This document shows, in pieces, positions 18,433-27,845 of a stretch of 64,000 nucleotides of DNA. Each line of letters starts with the position of its first letter. The first letter of the stretch is position 1. The notes beneath the pieces were generated by a model, which was not told the DNA's origin, ran no database searches, and saw nothing but the letters and a program-made list of their open reading frames with translations. The stretch covers positions 9,430-73,429 of the forward strand of contig JAFMAB010000003.1 in the NCBI GenBank assembly GCA_029785215.1, written 5' to 3'. The stretch is from Nitrososphaerota archaeon (GTDB lineage Archaea; Thermoproteota; Nitrososphaeria; Nitrososphaerales; Gagatemarchaeaceae). A program made the position numbers and the translations under genes.

Positions 18433-19497
18433 ATGGGCTACGTCGAAGTGGACGGCTCGCAGGGCGAGGGAGGAGGGCAGATCCTCCGTTCGGCGCTGGC
18501 GTTTTCTGCGACTGGGCGTGTCCCCGTCCGCGTAGTCAATATCAGGGCAGGGAGAGAGGTCCCGGGGCTCAAGAGGCAGCACCTCTCGGCGCTGAGGGTC
18601 CTAGCTGATGTTTTCGGCGGGGAGTTAAGCGGGGCGACCGAAGGATCCCAAGAGGTCAAGTTCGCCCCAGGGTACCCGCGGCGCGAGGCCGTATCGGCCG
18701 ACATGGGGACCGCTGCGAGCGTAACCTTGGTCCTCCAGGCCGTGGTCCCCGCGGTCGCGCTGAGCGGCTCGCACCTCCGGCTCCAACTGGTGGGAGGGAC
18801 AGACGTCCCCTGGAGCCCGACCTTCGACTACTTCCGCGAAGTCGTGAGAGCGGGATACGGGAAACTCGGTATGCGTCTCGAGGTCGAAGCATCCAGCCGC
18901 GGCTACTACCCGCGGGGCGGTGGCGTCATCACTGCCTCCATAGAGCCCTGCGGGGGCGTCTCCGCCCTGGACATGACCTCCAGGCCCCCGGTGAAGTCTG
19001 TCCGACTCTTGAGTCGTTGTGGCAGCCTCCCGAAGGCAGTCGCCCAGCGCCAGGCTGATTCGGCGGTCGAGCTCTTGCGAAAGGCAGACATCGACGCGCA
19101 GTCCGAGGTAGTCGCCGCGGAGTCTGCCTCCCCAGGCACCTCGGTGCTGGTCGCGCGCGTGAGCAGCGAGGCTCTTCTCGGCTCAGACGCCATAGGGGCG
19201 AAAGGGAAGCCCGCAGAGGGGGTGGGTAGGGAAGCAGCGGCGGCGTTCCTTGCAGCCGAGCGGTCTGGAGGGTGCTTGGATGCGAACTTGGCGGACATGC
19301 TGCTCCCGCTCCTCTCCATGGCGAAGCGAGAGTCGCGGGTGAAGATCCCATCGATGACATCGCACCTTGAGTCGGGGCTCAGGCTGGCGGGGCTCTTTAC
19401 CGGGTGCCGTTGGAAGGTAGAGCCTTCAGGTGACGGGGTCATGGTCACGGTGACCCCAGTGGGGGGATGGCGTCGCGCCGAACGGCACAATGTCTAA
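18433..19497 (+). CDS. rtcA: RNA 3'-terminal phosphate cyclase
   Basis: DGSQGEGGGQILRSALAFSA N-terminus and the typical length. Confidence 0.9.
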   Translation: MGYVEVDGSQGEGGGQILRSALAFSATGRVPVRVVNIRAGREVPGLKRQHLSALRVLADVFGGELSGATEGSQEVKFAPGYPRREAVSADMGTAASVTLVLQAVVPAVALSGSHLRLQLVGGTDVPWSPTFDYFREVVRAGYGKLGMRLEVEASSRGYYPRGGGVITASIEPCGGVSALDMTSRPPVKSVRLLSRCGSLPKAVAQRQADSAVELLRKADIDAQSEVVAAESASPGTSVLVARVSSEALLGSDAIGAKGKPAEGVGREAAAAFLAAERSGGCLDANLADMLLPLLSMAKRESRVKIPSMTSHLESGLRLAGLFTGCRWKVEPSGDGVMVTVTPVGGWRRAERHNV

Positions 19498-19530
19498 AAG
19501 GGCGGGCACAGGCGCCTCATCAGATTTCCG

Positions 19531-20130
19531 ATGTCCTACGAACAGTTCATGCCAGGGGCGACTGCCGTCGGCATCGCCTACAAGGACGGAGTCGTCATGG
19601 GCGCGGAGCGCCGGATAACCCTAGGGAACTTCGTGAGGAGCAAGTCTGGTAAGAAGGTCTTCAAGGTCACCGACAACGTCGGTGCGGTCTGCGCCGGAAT
19701 GATTGCTGACATGCAGAACCTGGTGAAGGAGGTCTCCGTCTACTCTAAGCTGAAGGAGCTCGAATCAAGGAAGTCGATGAAGCCTAACTCTGTCGCGAAG
19801 CTAATGTCGACTCTCATGTTCCAGAACAGGTACGCCCCTCTGCTGACGCAGGTCATTCTGGGGGGCATCGGCGACAAGCCGGTGGTCTTCGTCCTCGACC
19901 CGCTGGGCAGCGTGATCTCAGACCAATACGCCACCGTTGGCACTGGCGAGGAGACCGCCATCGGGGTGATCGAAGCGGGGTACGACCCCAATATGGCCCA
20001 GAAAGAGGCACGAGACCTCGCGATATCTGCCATCAAGGCGGCGGTGGCCAGGGACGCCATGAGCGGCAACGGGATTGATATCTTGACCGTCGACAAGACG
20101 GGCATCAAGGAAGAAGGCATAGACCTGTAG
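19531..20130 (+). CDS. psmB: Proteasome subunit beta (paralog 2)
   Basis: PGATAVGIAYKDGVVMGAERR; N-terminal nucleophile-hydrolase fold pattern. Confidence 0.85.
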   Translation: MSYEQFMPGATAVGIAYKDGVVMGAERRITLGNFVRSKSGKKVFKVTDNVGAVCAGMIADMQNLVKEVSVYSKLKELESRKSMKPNSVAKLMSTLMFQNRYAPLLTQVILGGIGDKPVVFVLDPLGSVISDQYATVGTGEETAIGVIEAGYDPNMAQKEARDLAISAIKAAVARDAMSGNGIDILTVDKTGIKEEGIDL

Positions 20131-20142
20131 GGGCGGTTCTTC

Positions 20143-20796
20143 ATGTGGACATACGAAGGCATCAGGGTACGCTGGCTAGGGCACGACGGCTTTGTCCTGT
20201 CTGGGTCAAGGACTGTGATAATCGACCCATTCAAGGCGAAAGGGGACTACAAGGCCGACGTGCTGCTGATCACCCACGAACACTTCGACCACCTGAGCGA
20301 CGAAGACATCAGAAAGTTCGTCACCCCGTCGACGACCATCGTCGCGCCCAAGATATGCGAGGAGCCCCTGAAGCCCTACGGGCAAGAGAAGCTTTTCGTG
20401 AAGCCTGGGTCGAGCATCGAAGCGAAGGGTGTGAAGATAGAGGCTGTCCCAGCTTACAACCTCAACAAGTTCAGGGAACCTGGCAAGGTATTCCACCCAA
20501 GGGAGGACGGCCGGGTCGGGTACATTGTCACCGTCGATGGGGTGAGGTTCTATCAGGCCGGGGACAGTGACGCCACGCCGGAGTTGAAGTCTGTGGACGT
20601 CGACGTCGCGTTCCTGCCTGTCTCTGGGACGTACGTCATGACCGCGGAAGAGGCGGCCGAGGCGGCAAAGGGGATGAAGGCAAAGGTCGTCGTCCCGATG
20701 CACTTCCAATCCATCGTGGGGACGAAGGCAGATGCCGAGAGGTTCAAGAAGCTCCTCGGCGCTTCGAAGACCGTGAAGATACTCGAACAGGAGTAG
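20143..20796 (+). CDS. Metallo-beta-lactamase-fold hydrolase (UPF0173-like)
   Basis: ITHEHFDH metal-binding motif. Lies 12 nt downstream of psmB paralog 2. Confidence 0.75.
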   Translation: MWTYEGIRVRWLGHDGFVLSGSRTVIIDPFKAKGDYKADVLLITHEHFDHLSDEDIRKFVTPSTTIVAPKICEEPLKPYGQEKLFVKPGSSIEAKGVKIEAVPAYNLNKFREPGKVFHPREDGRVGYIVTVDGVRFYQAGDSDATPELKSVDVDVAFLPVSGTYVMTAEEAAEAAKGMKAKVVVPMHFQSIVGTKADAERFKKLLGASKTVKILEQE

Positions 20797-20797
20797 G

Positions 20798-20944
20798 CTA
20801 CTCGGGGACGCTCACGCAGCTCATCTTCCCGTTCTCGAGCTTCACGAAGAGGTACCTGTTGTCAGCGAAGACTAGGGTCAGCTCGTTCTCCTTCTCCTCC
20901 ACAGTCAGCAGGGCCTTCCCCACTATGCCGTCGAACTTTGCCAT
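20798..20944 (-). CDS. 48-aa hypothetical protein downstream of the RHH gene
   Basis: ATG at 20944 to TAG at 20800-20798, encoding MAKFDGIVGKALLTVEEKENELTLVFADNRYLFVKLENGKMSCVSVPE. Below the ORF-track length cutoff; translated by hand. Confidence 0.3.
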   Translation of the reverse strand: MAKFDGIVGKALLTVEEKENELTLVFADNRYLFVKLENGKMSCVSVPE

Positions 20945-20993
20945 TGATGGGTCGGGAGGCTCAGCGGGTTCGTATTTCTGTGTTGCCGGACCG

Positions 20994-21188
20994 TCACTCC
21001 GAATACTTCGCCAGGTCTTCCGCCCCCTGAGGGGGTTCCCCCACCGAGGTGCCAGTCGACTGCCTGATCATCTCTCGTATCACCTGGTCGACGCTTGCGC
21101 TCCTCCGCTTAGCCTTCAGCTGCATCAGCGTCCGGTGGGTGTCGTCATGGACCTTGACGCTCCTGCCCATCTGACTCATCATCCGCAT
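20994..21188 (-). CDS. Ribbon-helix-helix (CopG/antitoxin-like) DNA-binding protein
   Basis: VKVHDDTHRTLMQLKAKRRSASVDQVIREMI fits the beta-strand, helix, helix pattern. Confidence 0.5.
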   Translation of the reverse strand: MRMMSQMGRSVKVHDDTHRTLMQLKAKRRSASVDQVIREMIRQSTGTSVGEPPQGAEDLAKYSE

Positions 21189-21196
21189 TGGCGCTA

Positions 21197-21994
21197 TTAA
21201 TGTTGGGACGGGTCCTTTCCTTGCTTCTCGGCAACGAGGTAGAAGCGCGAGGTGGTGACATCGAAGGATCCCATAGTCCGTATCTTCGAGTCAGCCTCCC
21301 TCAGGGGCCTCTCAAGTTCGGCGAGACTGGCCGCGTCGAACTCCAGAGGACCTACGGCCTTCAGATAATACGCCAGAGCTCCGATGTCAAGGAAGCTGGA
21401 GCGGACCTTCTCTTCGCCGCTCTCGGTCACGTGCAGTCCAGCACCCCTGACCTGCCTCACGGCCTCGGCGAGGTCCCAACGCCCCCTCTCGTCTTCACGT
21501 TCGCCCAGAAGCAGGGCCAGCTCCTCGTCGTTGCCAGGGCCAACCTGTTGCGTGACGAACGTCCCGCCTGGGCGGAGCACTCTCGCCGTCTCCTTGGCCA
21601 CGAAGGCTTCGTGCCGACTGCTGACCAGGTCGATTGTCGCGTCCCTGAAGGGGAGCGCCCCCCGCTGCATCCCTGTGGCAGCGTTGTCGTCGCTAAAGGA
21701 GAAAACGACGTCCACGCCTCGGCGGTTCAACCTCTTGAGCGCCACCTGAAGATTGGGCCGATACCCTTCGGTCGCCACCGTTCGACGAGGTAGCGAAGCC
21801 ATTGAGGACAAGAGCTCGCCGCCCCCTGTCCCAAGATCAAGGTACGTTCCTGCCCCTGCCAGCCTCAACCCCAGCAGCCGCACGTAGTTCCACGATGTCC
21901 TCCCTTCGACGTATCTTCCGTTGAGGAACTCGAAGTCCCACCCCTGGAACTGGCGGGTCCAGGCTTCAGCAACCAGCCGCTCGAATGTGTCCAA
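21197..21994 (-). CDS. Class I SAM-dependent methyltransferase
   Basis: YLDLGTGGGELL motif I and VLRPGGTFV post-motif. Its stop lies 8 nt before the RHH start. Confidence 0.7.
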   Translation of the reverse strand: MDTFERLVAEAWTRQFQGWDFEFLNGRYVEGRTSWNYVRLLGLRLAGAGTYLDLGTGGGELLSSMASLPRRTVATEGYRPNLQVALKRLNRRGVDVVFSFSDDNAATGMQRGALPFRDATIDLVSSRHEAFVAKETARVLRPGGTFVTQQVGPGNDEELALLLGEREDERGRWDLAEAVRQVRGAGLHVTESGEEKVRSSFLDIGALAYYLKAVGPLEFDAASLAELERPLREADSKIRTMGSFDVTTSRFYLVAEKQGKDPSQH

Positions 21995-22160
21995 AAACGC
22001 TCGGTCCTCGTTTGTTTTTGACTCAGTATCGTCGCGAGTTCATCATCTGTCCGGGAGCTTACTCCGGACTATGACTGGGACGGCGTTCACCTCATCGTCA
22101 GGAAATTCGGGCCAGGGCCGGGATTTAGCCTTTATCTGCTCAGCGAGGAACGGGAGAACA

Positions 22161-23303
22161 TTGGGTTTCCTGGATGGGGTGAGGGTGGTTGACGCCACGC
22201 GGCTCCTCCCCGGAGGGTTCTGCACAATGCTCCTCTCCGACATGGGGGCCGAGGTGATCAAGGTGGAGCAGCCTGGGCTGGGGGACTACATGCGGGCAAC
22301 CCCTCCTACCAGCCGCGGGAGGAGCCCTGTGCACGCGACTGTCAACAGGAACAAGAAGAGCATCGGGATAGACCTGAAATCCGCCGAAGGGAAGGCCGTG
22401 ATGCGGCGTCTCCTCCGAACTGCCGACGTGTTCGTAGAAGGTTTTCGCCCCGGGGCAATGTCCAGGCTCGGGTTGTCATTCACCCAGGTGAAGAAGGTCA
22501 ATGCGAAGATTGTCTACTGCTCGATATCGGCCTACGGCCAGGAGAGCTCGCTTAGTTCCATGCCTGGACACGACATCAACTTCCAATCAATGGCTGGGAC
22601 GCTCGCTTACTCCACAGAGTCGGGGGTCCCGTTCCTCCAGTTGGGCGACATAGCCTCTGGGATGTACGCAGCCCTGGGGATTCTGGGGGCGCTCTCTGGC
22701 CGTAAGAGGCCGGCATTCATAGATGTTCCAATAGTCGGCTCCCTGATGTCCTGGATGGTGCTCCCCGCTTCTGTCTACCTGGCGACGGGGCGGGCGCCCA
22801 GCGAAGGGGACAGCCTCATCTTCGGTTCCACGCCTTACTACAACGTCTACAGGACCGCCGACGGAGGATACATGGCGGTCGCTGCCATCGAGCCGGTCTT
22901 CTGGCGGAACCTGCTGGCCGCCCTGGGCGTCCCCGAGCTCGAGCCCCTGAGGTCCGGGACTGCCGAGGAGAGGGCCCTCGTCACCTCAGAGCTGGAGCGC
23001 GTCTTCGCGACAAGGACGAGGGATGAGTGGGCCAAGGCGCTCATGGGCAGGGACACCTGCGTGACGCCGGTACTGACCATAAAGGAGGCGCTTGACAGCG
23101 ACTGGGCCAGGAGCCTAGGGATGCTAGCAAGAGTCGGACGCGAAGAGGTCCTCAACGGCCCGCTCAGGGCAATCCCTCCTATGAGGAAGAGGCCCTGCAC
23201 CGCGGCCCCCGGTCTGGGAGACGACACCGCCTCCATCATGAAGTCCTTGGGCTACTCCATTGAGGCTACGCAGAGGATGAAGTCCAGAGGCGCAGTCCAG
23301 TAG
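22161..23303 (+). CDS. Family III CoA-transferase (CaiB/BaiF; alpha-methylacyl-CoA racemase-like)
   Basis: LDGVRVVDATRLLPGGFCTMLLSDMGAEVIKVEQP N-terminus. TTG 22161 is preferred, because the ORF-track start at 21921 overlaps the divergent methyltransferase. Confidence 0.8.
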   Translation: MGFLDGVRVVDATRLLPGGFCTMLLSDMGAEVIKVEQPGLGDYMRATPPTSRGRSPVHATVNRNKKSIGIDLKSAEGKAVMRRLLRTADVFVEGFRPGAMSRLGLSFTQVKKVNAKIVYCSISAYGQESSLSSMPGHDINFQSMAGTLAYSTESGVPFLQLGDIASGMYAALGILGALSGRKRPAFIDVPIVGSLMSWMVLPASVYLATGRAPSEGDSLIFGSTPYYNVYRTADGGYMAVAAIEPVFWRNLLAALGVPELEPLRSGTAEERALVTSELERVFATRTRDEWAKALMGRDTCVTPVLTIKEALDSDWARSLGMLARVGREEVLNGPLRAIPPMRKRPCTAAPGLGDDTASIMKSLGYSIEATQRMKSRGAVQ

Positions 23304-23306
23304 CTG

Positions 23307-24500
23307 TTACGCCCTCTGCATCAGGATGGCGAACCCCTGCCCGCCCCCTACACAGAGCGTGGCCATGCCGTACTCCTTGCCGCTCCGGACGAGCTCCCTC
23401 GCCAGCGTCCCCACAAGCCTGGCGCCGGACGCCCCTAGCGGGTGCCCGATGGCTATCGCCCCTCCGTGGATATTCACCTTCTCCGGGTCGAGCCGCAGCT
23501 CCCGCATGGCATAGAGAACGACGACGGCGAACGCCTCGTTGATCTCCCATACGTCGACCTGGTCCACACTGAGCCCAGCCTTCGCGAGCGCCTTCTTGGA
23601 CGCAGGGACCGGACCCTTCCCCATGACGCTCGGTTCGACCCCTGCCCAGCCCATGGACACTATTTTGGCCAGGGGCTTGACTCCGCGCTCCTCCAGCTTC
23701 TCCTTCGAGGCGAGGACGACCATGGACGCCCCAGCGTTGAGAGGAGAGGAGTTCCCTGCGGTGATGAATCCGCCTGACTTGAACGAAGGCTGGAGGGCTG
23801 CGACCTGCTCCATTGTAGTCCCTTTCCTTATGCTCTGGTCAGTTTCGATGACCCGCTCTTCCCCTTCGAACTCTACTCTCATCGGCAGCAGCTCGCCCCT
23901 GAACCATCCCTCGTCTACCCCCGTCGATGCCTTCGCGTGTGAACCCACGGAGAACCTGTCCATCTCATCCCTGGTGAACCCTTCCATCTCTGCGAGTCTC
24001 TCCGCGGTGAGCCCCATCGAATATCCCGTGCTCATCTGGTACTTCATGTACTCCGGCCTCGTGAGTAGCCGCGTGTTAGGTGTCAGGGCGGGGTTGTTCG
24101 ACATCGGGACGTGAGTGAGATGCTCCATCCCTCCGGCGAGGACGACCTCTGAGTTCCCTGTCATGATCTCCATGGCGCCTTCTGCCGCGGCGTTCATGGA
24201 CGAGGCACATGCCCTGTCCATCGCCATGGCTGGGACCGACACCGGGAGGCCGGCAAGCAGGACCGGATGCCTCCCGCCGTAGAGCCAGTTCTCCCCGGTC
24301 TGGAATGCACAGCCGGTGACCACGTCTCCGATCTCGTCAGGCTTGAAGCCCGTCCTGTCCAAGACTTTGCGTATGAGGAGGCTCAGGGCCTGGTCCATCC
24401 TGACCGAGTTGTACACATCCTTCTCTGGCTGGGATGGCTTCGACCTCGAGAAAGGGACCCTAAGGTAGTCAGCCACGTATGCGTCTTTGAGCTCGACCAC
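23307..24500 (-). CDS. Acetyl-CoA C-acyltransferase (thiolase)
   Basis: Active-site context DRACASSM, NIHGGAIAIGHPLGASG and CVGGGQG. Confidence 0.85.
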   Translation of the reverse strand: MVELKDAYVADYLRVPFSRSKPSQPEKDVYNSVRMDQALSLLIRKVLDRTGFKPDEIGDVVTGCAFQTGENWLYGGRHPVLLAGLPVSVPAMAMDRACASSMNAAAEGAMEIMTGNSEVVLAGGMEHLTHVPMSNNPALTPNTRLLTRPEYMKYQMSTGYSMGLTAERLAEMEGFTRDEMDRFSVGSHAKASTGVDEGWFRGELLPMRVEFEGEERVIETDQSIRKGTTMEQVAALQPSFKSGGFITAGNSSPLNAGASMVVLASKEKLEERGVKPLAKIVSMGWAGVEPSVMGKGPVPASKKALAKAGLSVDQVDVWEINEAFAVVVLYAMRELRLDPEKVNIHGGAIAIGHPLGASGARLVGTLARELVRSGKEYGMATLCVGGGQGFAILMQRA

Positions 24501-24506
24501 GTCCCT

Positions 24507-26501
24507 TCACTTCCCCTTGAACTCAGGCTTCCTCTTGCCCAGGAACGCGGATATCCCTTCCTTCAGGTCCTCCGTCCCGAAGAGGACGCCCGCAGCCATC
24601 TCCTCCATCTCGAGCCCCACATCCATCGGGACCTCCGCCCCCTTGTTGAGCAGTTTCTTCGCCAGCATGACGGCCACCGGCGCCTCCGAAGACGCGAGCT
24701 CCTTCGCGTATCTCACCGCCTGCTCGTCAGGGTCTCCTCCTTGGAGGAGCCGGTTTACCAACCCCATCTCGTGCGCCCGACTCCCCGTGACGCTTTCGCA
24801 GGCCAGTATCATGGCCGATGCCCGTGACAGCCCGACCAGTCGGCCGAGCCTCTGAGTCCCTGACCATGCGGGCACCAGGCCGCGCGTGAGCTCAGGGAAC
24901 CTCAGTTCCACGTCCTCGGTGGCGAGTCTGAGGTCGCAGGACAGGGCAAGCTCGAGGCCCCCTCCGAGGGCATATCCCTTCAGTACGGCTATCGTGAGCT
25001 TGGGTATCTCGCTCAGGCGCCTCATGGTCCGTTCTCCTTTCCTGGCGAACTCCATCATCCCAGCCGCGCTCGAGACAAACTTCGTCATCTCGAAGCCGGC
25101 AGAGAACACCGTCCCCTCCCCCGTCACTACGATCGCCCTGATCTCCCGGTCGTTCCACAGGTCGGTCAACATCCCATCCAGCCCGTCAAGGACATCGCCG
25201 TTGATCAGGTTCAGCCTTGGTCTGTCTATCACGATCTTGGCGACCCCACCCTCGAGCCTTTCCAGGCGGATCGCCCCACGTGCCGCGGTGGGTGTCGCCG
25301 CGTTCGCCTCGGCCAAGGGCGCGTCCCGACCGGGTGCCGAGTGGATCCTCCCCTCGATGGCGTCGCGGAGCCTCCCTTCTGCTATAGAGCGAGCCGGGGC
25401 GAATACGCCGCACTCATACTTGGTCGAGAGCTCTTCGAGCTTCGCCTTGACCTCCGCGCTGCTCAGGTCCCTGGCGACTGATATGGGACCGAACGGCCTG
25501 TTCATCCCCAGGACGACCCCCTTCTCTATGTCGTCTGGCGTAGCCACTCCCTCCTCAATCAGCTTCACTGACTCGTTGATTTCGAGGGCGAAGATGTCCA
25601 TGATTGATACCTTGTCGGTGGGGTCTGCTTTCGGTATCTCAGCCTTCCCTTTCGACCAGTCGTAGAACCCGCGGCCGGTCTTCTTCCCCAGGCGGCCGTC
25701 CTTCACCATCTTCGCGAAGGTGGTCCCCTTGCCGTACTCCGGTGAGAGAACCGAAGCGAAATATGCGAGCGAGTCCGCCCCTACGTCCACTCCGACGAAG
25801 TCGAGCAGCTCGTATGGACCCATGGGGAGCCCTTGCCCTCTGGCGAACGTGTCAACCTCCGAGGGGCTCGCGACCTCTCGGTCGAGGAGCAGGCAGAAGA
25901 AGAGGGTGTCGGCTGCGTTAATCCTGTTGACTATGAATCCGGGGGAGTCCTTCAGCACCCTCACAGGCGTACGCCCGAGTTTCCCGCAGAGGTCGAAGAC
26001 CTCCTGGGCGACGGCGGGGTCTGTCTTTGTCCCAGGAATCACCTCGACCAGTTTCATCAGCATTGGGGGATTGAAGAAGTGCATCCCGACCATCCTCTGC
26101 GGCCTGTCGGTGGCTTCGGCCAGGTCAGAGATCTTGATGTTCGAAGTGTTCGACACAAAGATCGCCCCTGGCGGGGCCGACGCCGAGGCCTCTCTGAGGA
26201 CCCCTTTCTTCAGGTCGACCGACTCTGGAACGGCCTCCACCACGAGGTCCGCTGCCGACACCGCGCTGCCCAGGTCTCCGGAGTACGCCAGCTTCGACTT
26301 CGCGTCCTCGGACTGCTCCTTGGTGACCCTCCCCTTCTCCACCAGCTTGTCCAGGCTCGACGATATCCTCCCCTGTGCCTTCTCCAGCGCCTGCGGGAAC
26401 TTGTCGACCAGCGTCACATGGAACCCATTGACCGCGAAGAGCTCTGCGATGCCGTGGCCCATGTCCCCGGCGCCGATTACCGTCACCCTCTCGATGGCCA
26501 T
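24507..26501 (-). CDS. Bifunctional 3-hydroxyacyl-CoA dehydrogenase (N-terminal) / enoyl-CoA hydratase (C-terminal)
   Basis: VTVIGAGDMGHGIA Rossmann motif and an HADH core, followed by a crotonase fold (GEGTVFSAGFEM, GYALGGGLELAL). Confidence 0.9.
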   Translation of the reverse strand: MAIERVTVIGAGDMGHGIAELFAVNGFHVTLVDKFPQALEKAQGRISSSLDKLVEKGRVTKEQSEDAKSKLAYSGDLGSAVSAADLVVEAVPESVDLKKGVLREASASAPPGAIFVSNTSNIKISDLAEATDRPQRMVGMHFFNPPMLMKLVEVIPGTKTDPAVAQEVFDLCGKLGRTPVRVLKDSPGFIVNRINAADTLFFCLLLDREVASPSEVDTFARGQGLPMGPYELLDFVGVDVGADSLAYFASVLSPEYGKGTTFAKMVKDGRLGKKTGRGFYDWSKGKAEIPKADPTDKVSIMDIFALEINESVKLIEEGVATPDDIEKGVVLGMNRPFGPISVARDLSSAEVKAKLEELSTKYECGVFAPARSIAEGRLRDAIEGRIHSAPGRDAPLAEANAATPTAARGAIRLERLEGGVAKIVIDRPRLNLINGDVLDGLDGMLTDLWNDREIRAIVVTGEGTVFSAGFEMTKFVSSAAGMMEFARKGERTMRRLSEIPKLTIAVLKGYALGGGLELALSCDLRLATEDVELRFPELTRGLVPAWSGTQRLGRLVGLSRASAMILACESVTGSRAHEMGLVNRLLQGGDPDEQAVRYAKELASSEAPVAVMLAKKLLNKGAEVPMDVGLEMEEMAAGVLFGTEDLKEGISAFLGKRKPEFKGK

Positions 26502-26534
26502 GGTATGGGACGCAGGGGCGGCCGGCTTAAGGCT

Positions 26535-26549
26535 CTTTCCACTGGAAAG
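26535..26549. promoter_or_regulatory. Perfect 7-1-7 palindrome CTTTCCA-c-TGGAAAG in the divergent acyl-CoA promoter region (candidate operator)
   Basis: Read directly from the sequence. It lies between the A/T box of the minus-strand gene (cttaagg, about 26526-26532) and that of the plus-strand gene (26571-26580). Confidence 0.35.
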
Positions 26550-26570
26550 CGAGGTTACGAAAAGTAATCG

Positions 26571-26580
26571 CGTATATATG
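26571..26580 (+). promoter_or_regulatory. TATA-like box (CGTATATATG) for the acyl-CoA dehydrogenase gene
   Basis: Lies 21-30 nt upstream of ATG 26601, implying a very short leader or none. Confidence 0.45.
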
Positions 26581-26600
26581 GCCGAGGGACAACCAATCCA

Positions 26601-27794
26601 ATGAGCACTTTAACGCCGAGCTCGTCCGACTACGTGATCTCAGTTTCAGAGGAGCATGAGGCTTTCCGCCAGGCCGTCAGGGAGTTCGCGGAGAAGGAAC
26701 TCGCGCCGGTGACCCAGAGGATAGACAGGGAGAACCAGATGGACATGGGCCTCGTGAAGAAGGCCGCCGCGTTGGGCCTCTTCGGCGTCCCCTTCCCAGA
26801 GGAGTACGGCGGAGGGGGGGGAGACGACCTCTCCCTCGTCATCGCCACGGAAGAGATCGCCCGGTTCTCCGCGGCGTTCTCAGCGGTAGTCGGCGCCACT
26901 TATCTGGTCTCCACCCCGATCTTCTTGTTCGGGACCGAGGAACAGAAGAGGAAGTACCTCGTCCCCATCGCGAAGGGGGAGAAGATAGCCGCCCACGCCA
27001 TGACCGAGCCGGGTACCGGCTCCGACGTGGCCGCCATCTCGACCAGCGCCAAGAAGGAGGGTGACAAGTATGTCATCAACGGGAAGAAGATGTTCATCAC
27101 CAATGGGGACAAGGCTGAGACTTTCCTGATCTTCGCCAGAACCAGCCCCATGGAGGGAGGGAAGAGGCACCAGGGGATTACTGCGTTCATAGCCGAGAAA
27201 GGGATGAAAGGACTCAATGTCGGGCAGCGGACCGACGTCATCGGGCTCAGGGGGGACCAGCCGGTCGAGCTGATGTTCGATGGTCTCGAGGTCCCGGAGG
27301 AGAACGTGGTGGGGGAAGTTGGGAGAGGGGTGAGGATCGCCCTGACCTGCTACGACCATGGGAGAGTCGGTGTCGCGGCCCAAGGCACGGGCCTAGCCCA
27401 GGGGGCACTCGAAGCGGCGCTGCGGTATTCGACTCAGAGGCAGACCTTCGACAACTACCTCTTGAGCTACCAGCAGGTCCAGTTCAAGATAGCAGAGATG
27501 ACTGCCGCGGTCCACACGGCCAGGCTCCTCACCTACTGGGCGGCCACCCTGACGAAGAAGGGGAAGGACTTCATCAAGGCGTCGTCGATAGCGAAGATTA
27601 CTGCCACTGAGGCCGCAGAGAAGAACGCCCATATGGCCATGCTCATCATGGGCGCCTACGGCGTCTCCACAGATAGCCAGGTGGAGAGGATGCTCCGGGA
27701 CTCGCAGATCATCAAGACATATGAAGGGACCAACGACATCCAGAGGCTCACCATCATGAAGGAAGTAGCGAAAGAGATGGGCGTCCTGGGCTGA
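26601..27794 (+). CDS. Acyl-CoA dehydrogenase
   Basis: AHAMTEPGTGSD, FITNG and YEGTNDIQRLTI motifs. Confidence 0.9.
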   Translation: MSTLTPSSSDYVISVSEEHEAFRQAVREFAEKELAPVTQRIDRENQMDMGLVKKAAALGLFGVPFPEEYGGGGGDDLSLVIATEEIARFSAAFSAVVGATYLVSTPIFLFGTEEQKRKYLVPIAKGEKIAAHAMTEPGTGSDVAAISTSAKKEGDKYVINGKKMFITNGDKAETFLIFARTSPMEGGKRHQGITAFIAEKGMKGLNVGQRTDVIGLRGDQPVELMFDGLEVPEENVVGEVGRGVRIALTCYDHGRVGVAAQGTGLAQGALEAALRYSTQRQTFDNYLLSYQQVQFKIAEMTAAVHTARLLTYWAATLTKKGKDFIKASSIAKITATEAAEKNAHMAMLIMGAYGVSTDSQVERMLRDSQIIKTYEGTNDIQRLTIMKEVAKEMGVLG

Positions 27795-27845
27795 GCCCGC
27801 CTCCATGGAGACAGAAGCTATGTCGACCTCCGGGGTGTCCTCACG

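Noticed and set aside
21921-22160. The N-terminal 80 residues of the ORF-track version of the CoA-transferase.
   Set aside because: This segment overlaps the divergent methyltransferase gene and has no CoA-transferase similarity. The family-typical N-terminus begins at TTG 22161.
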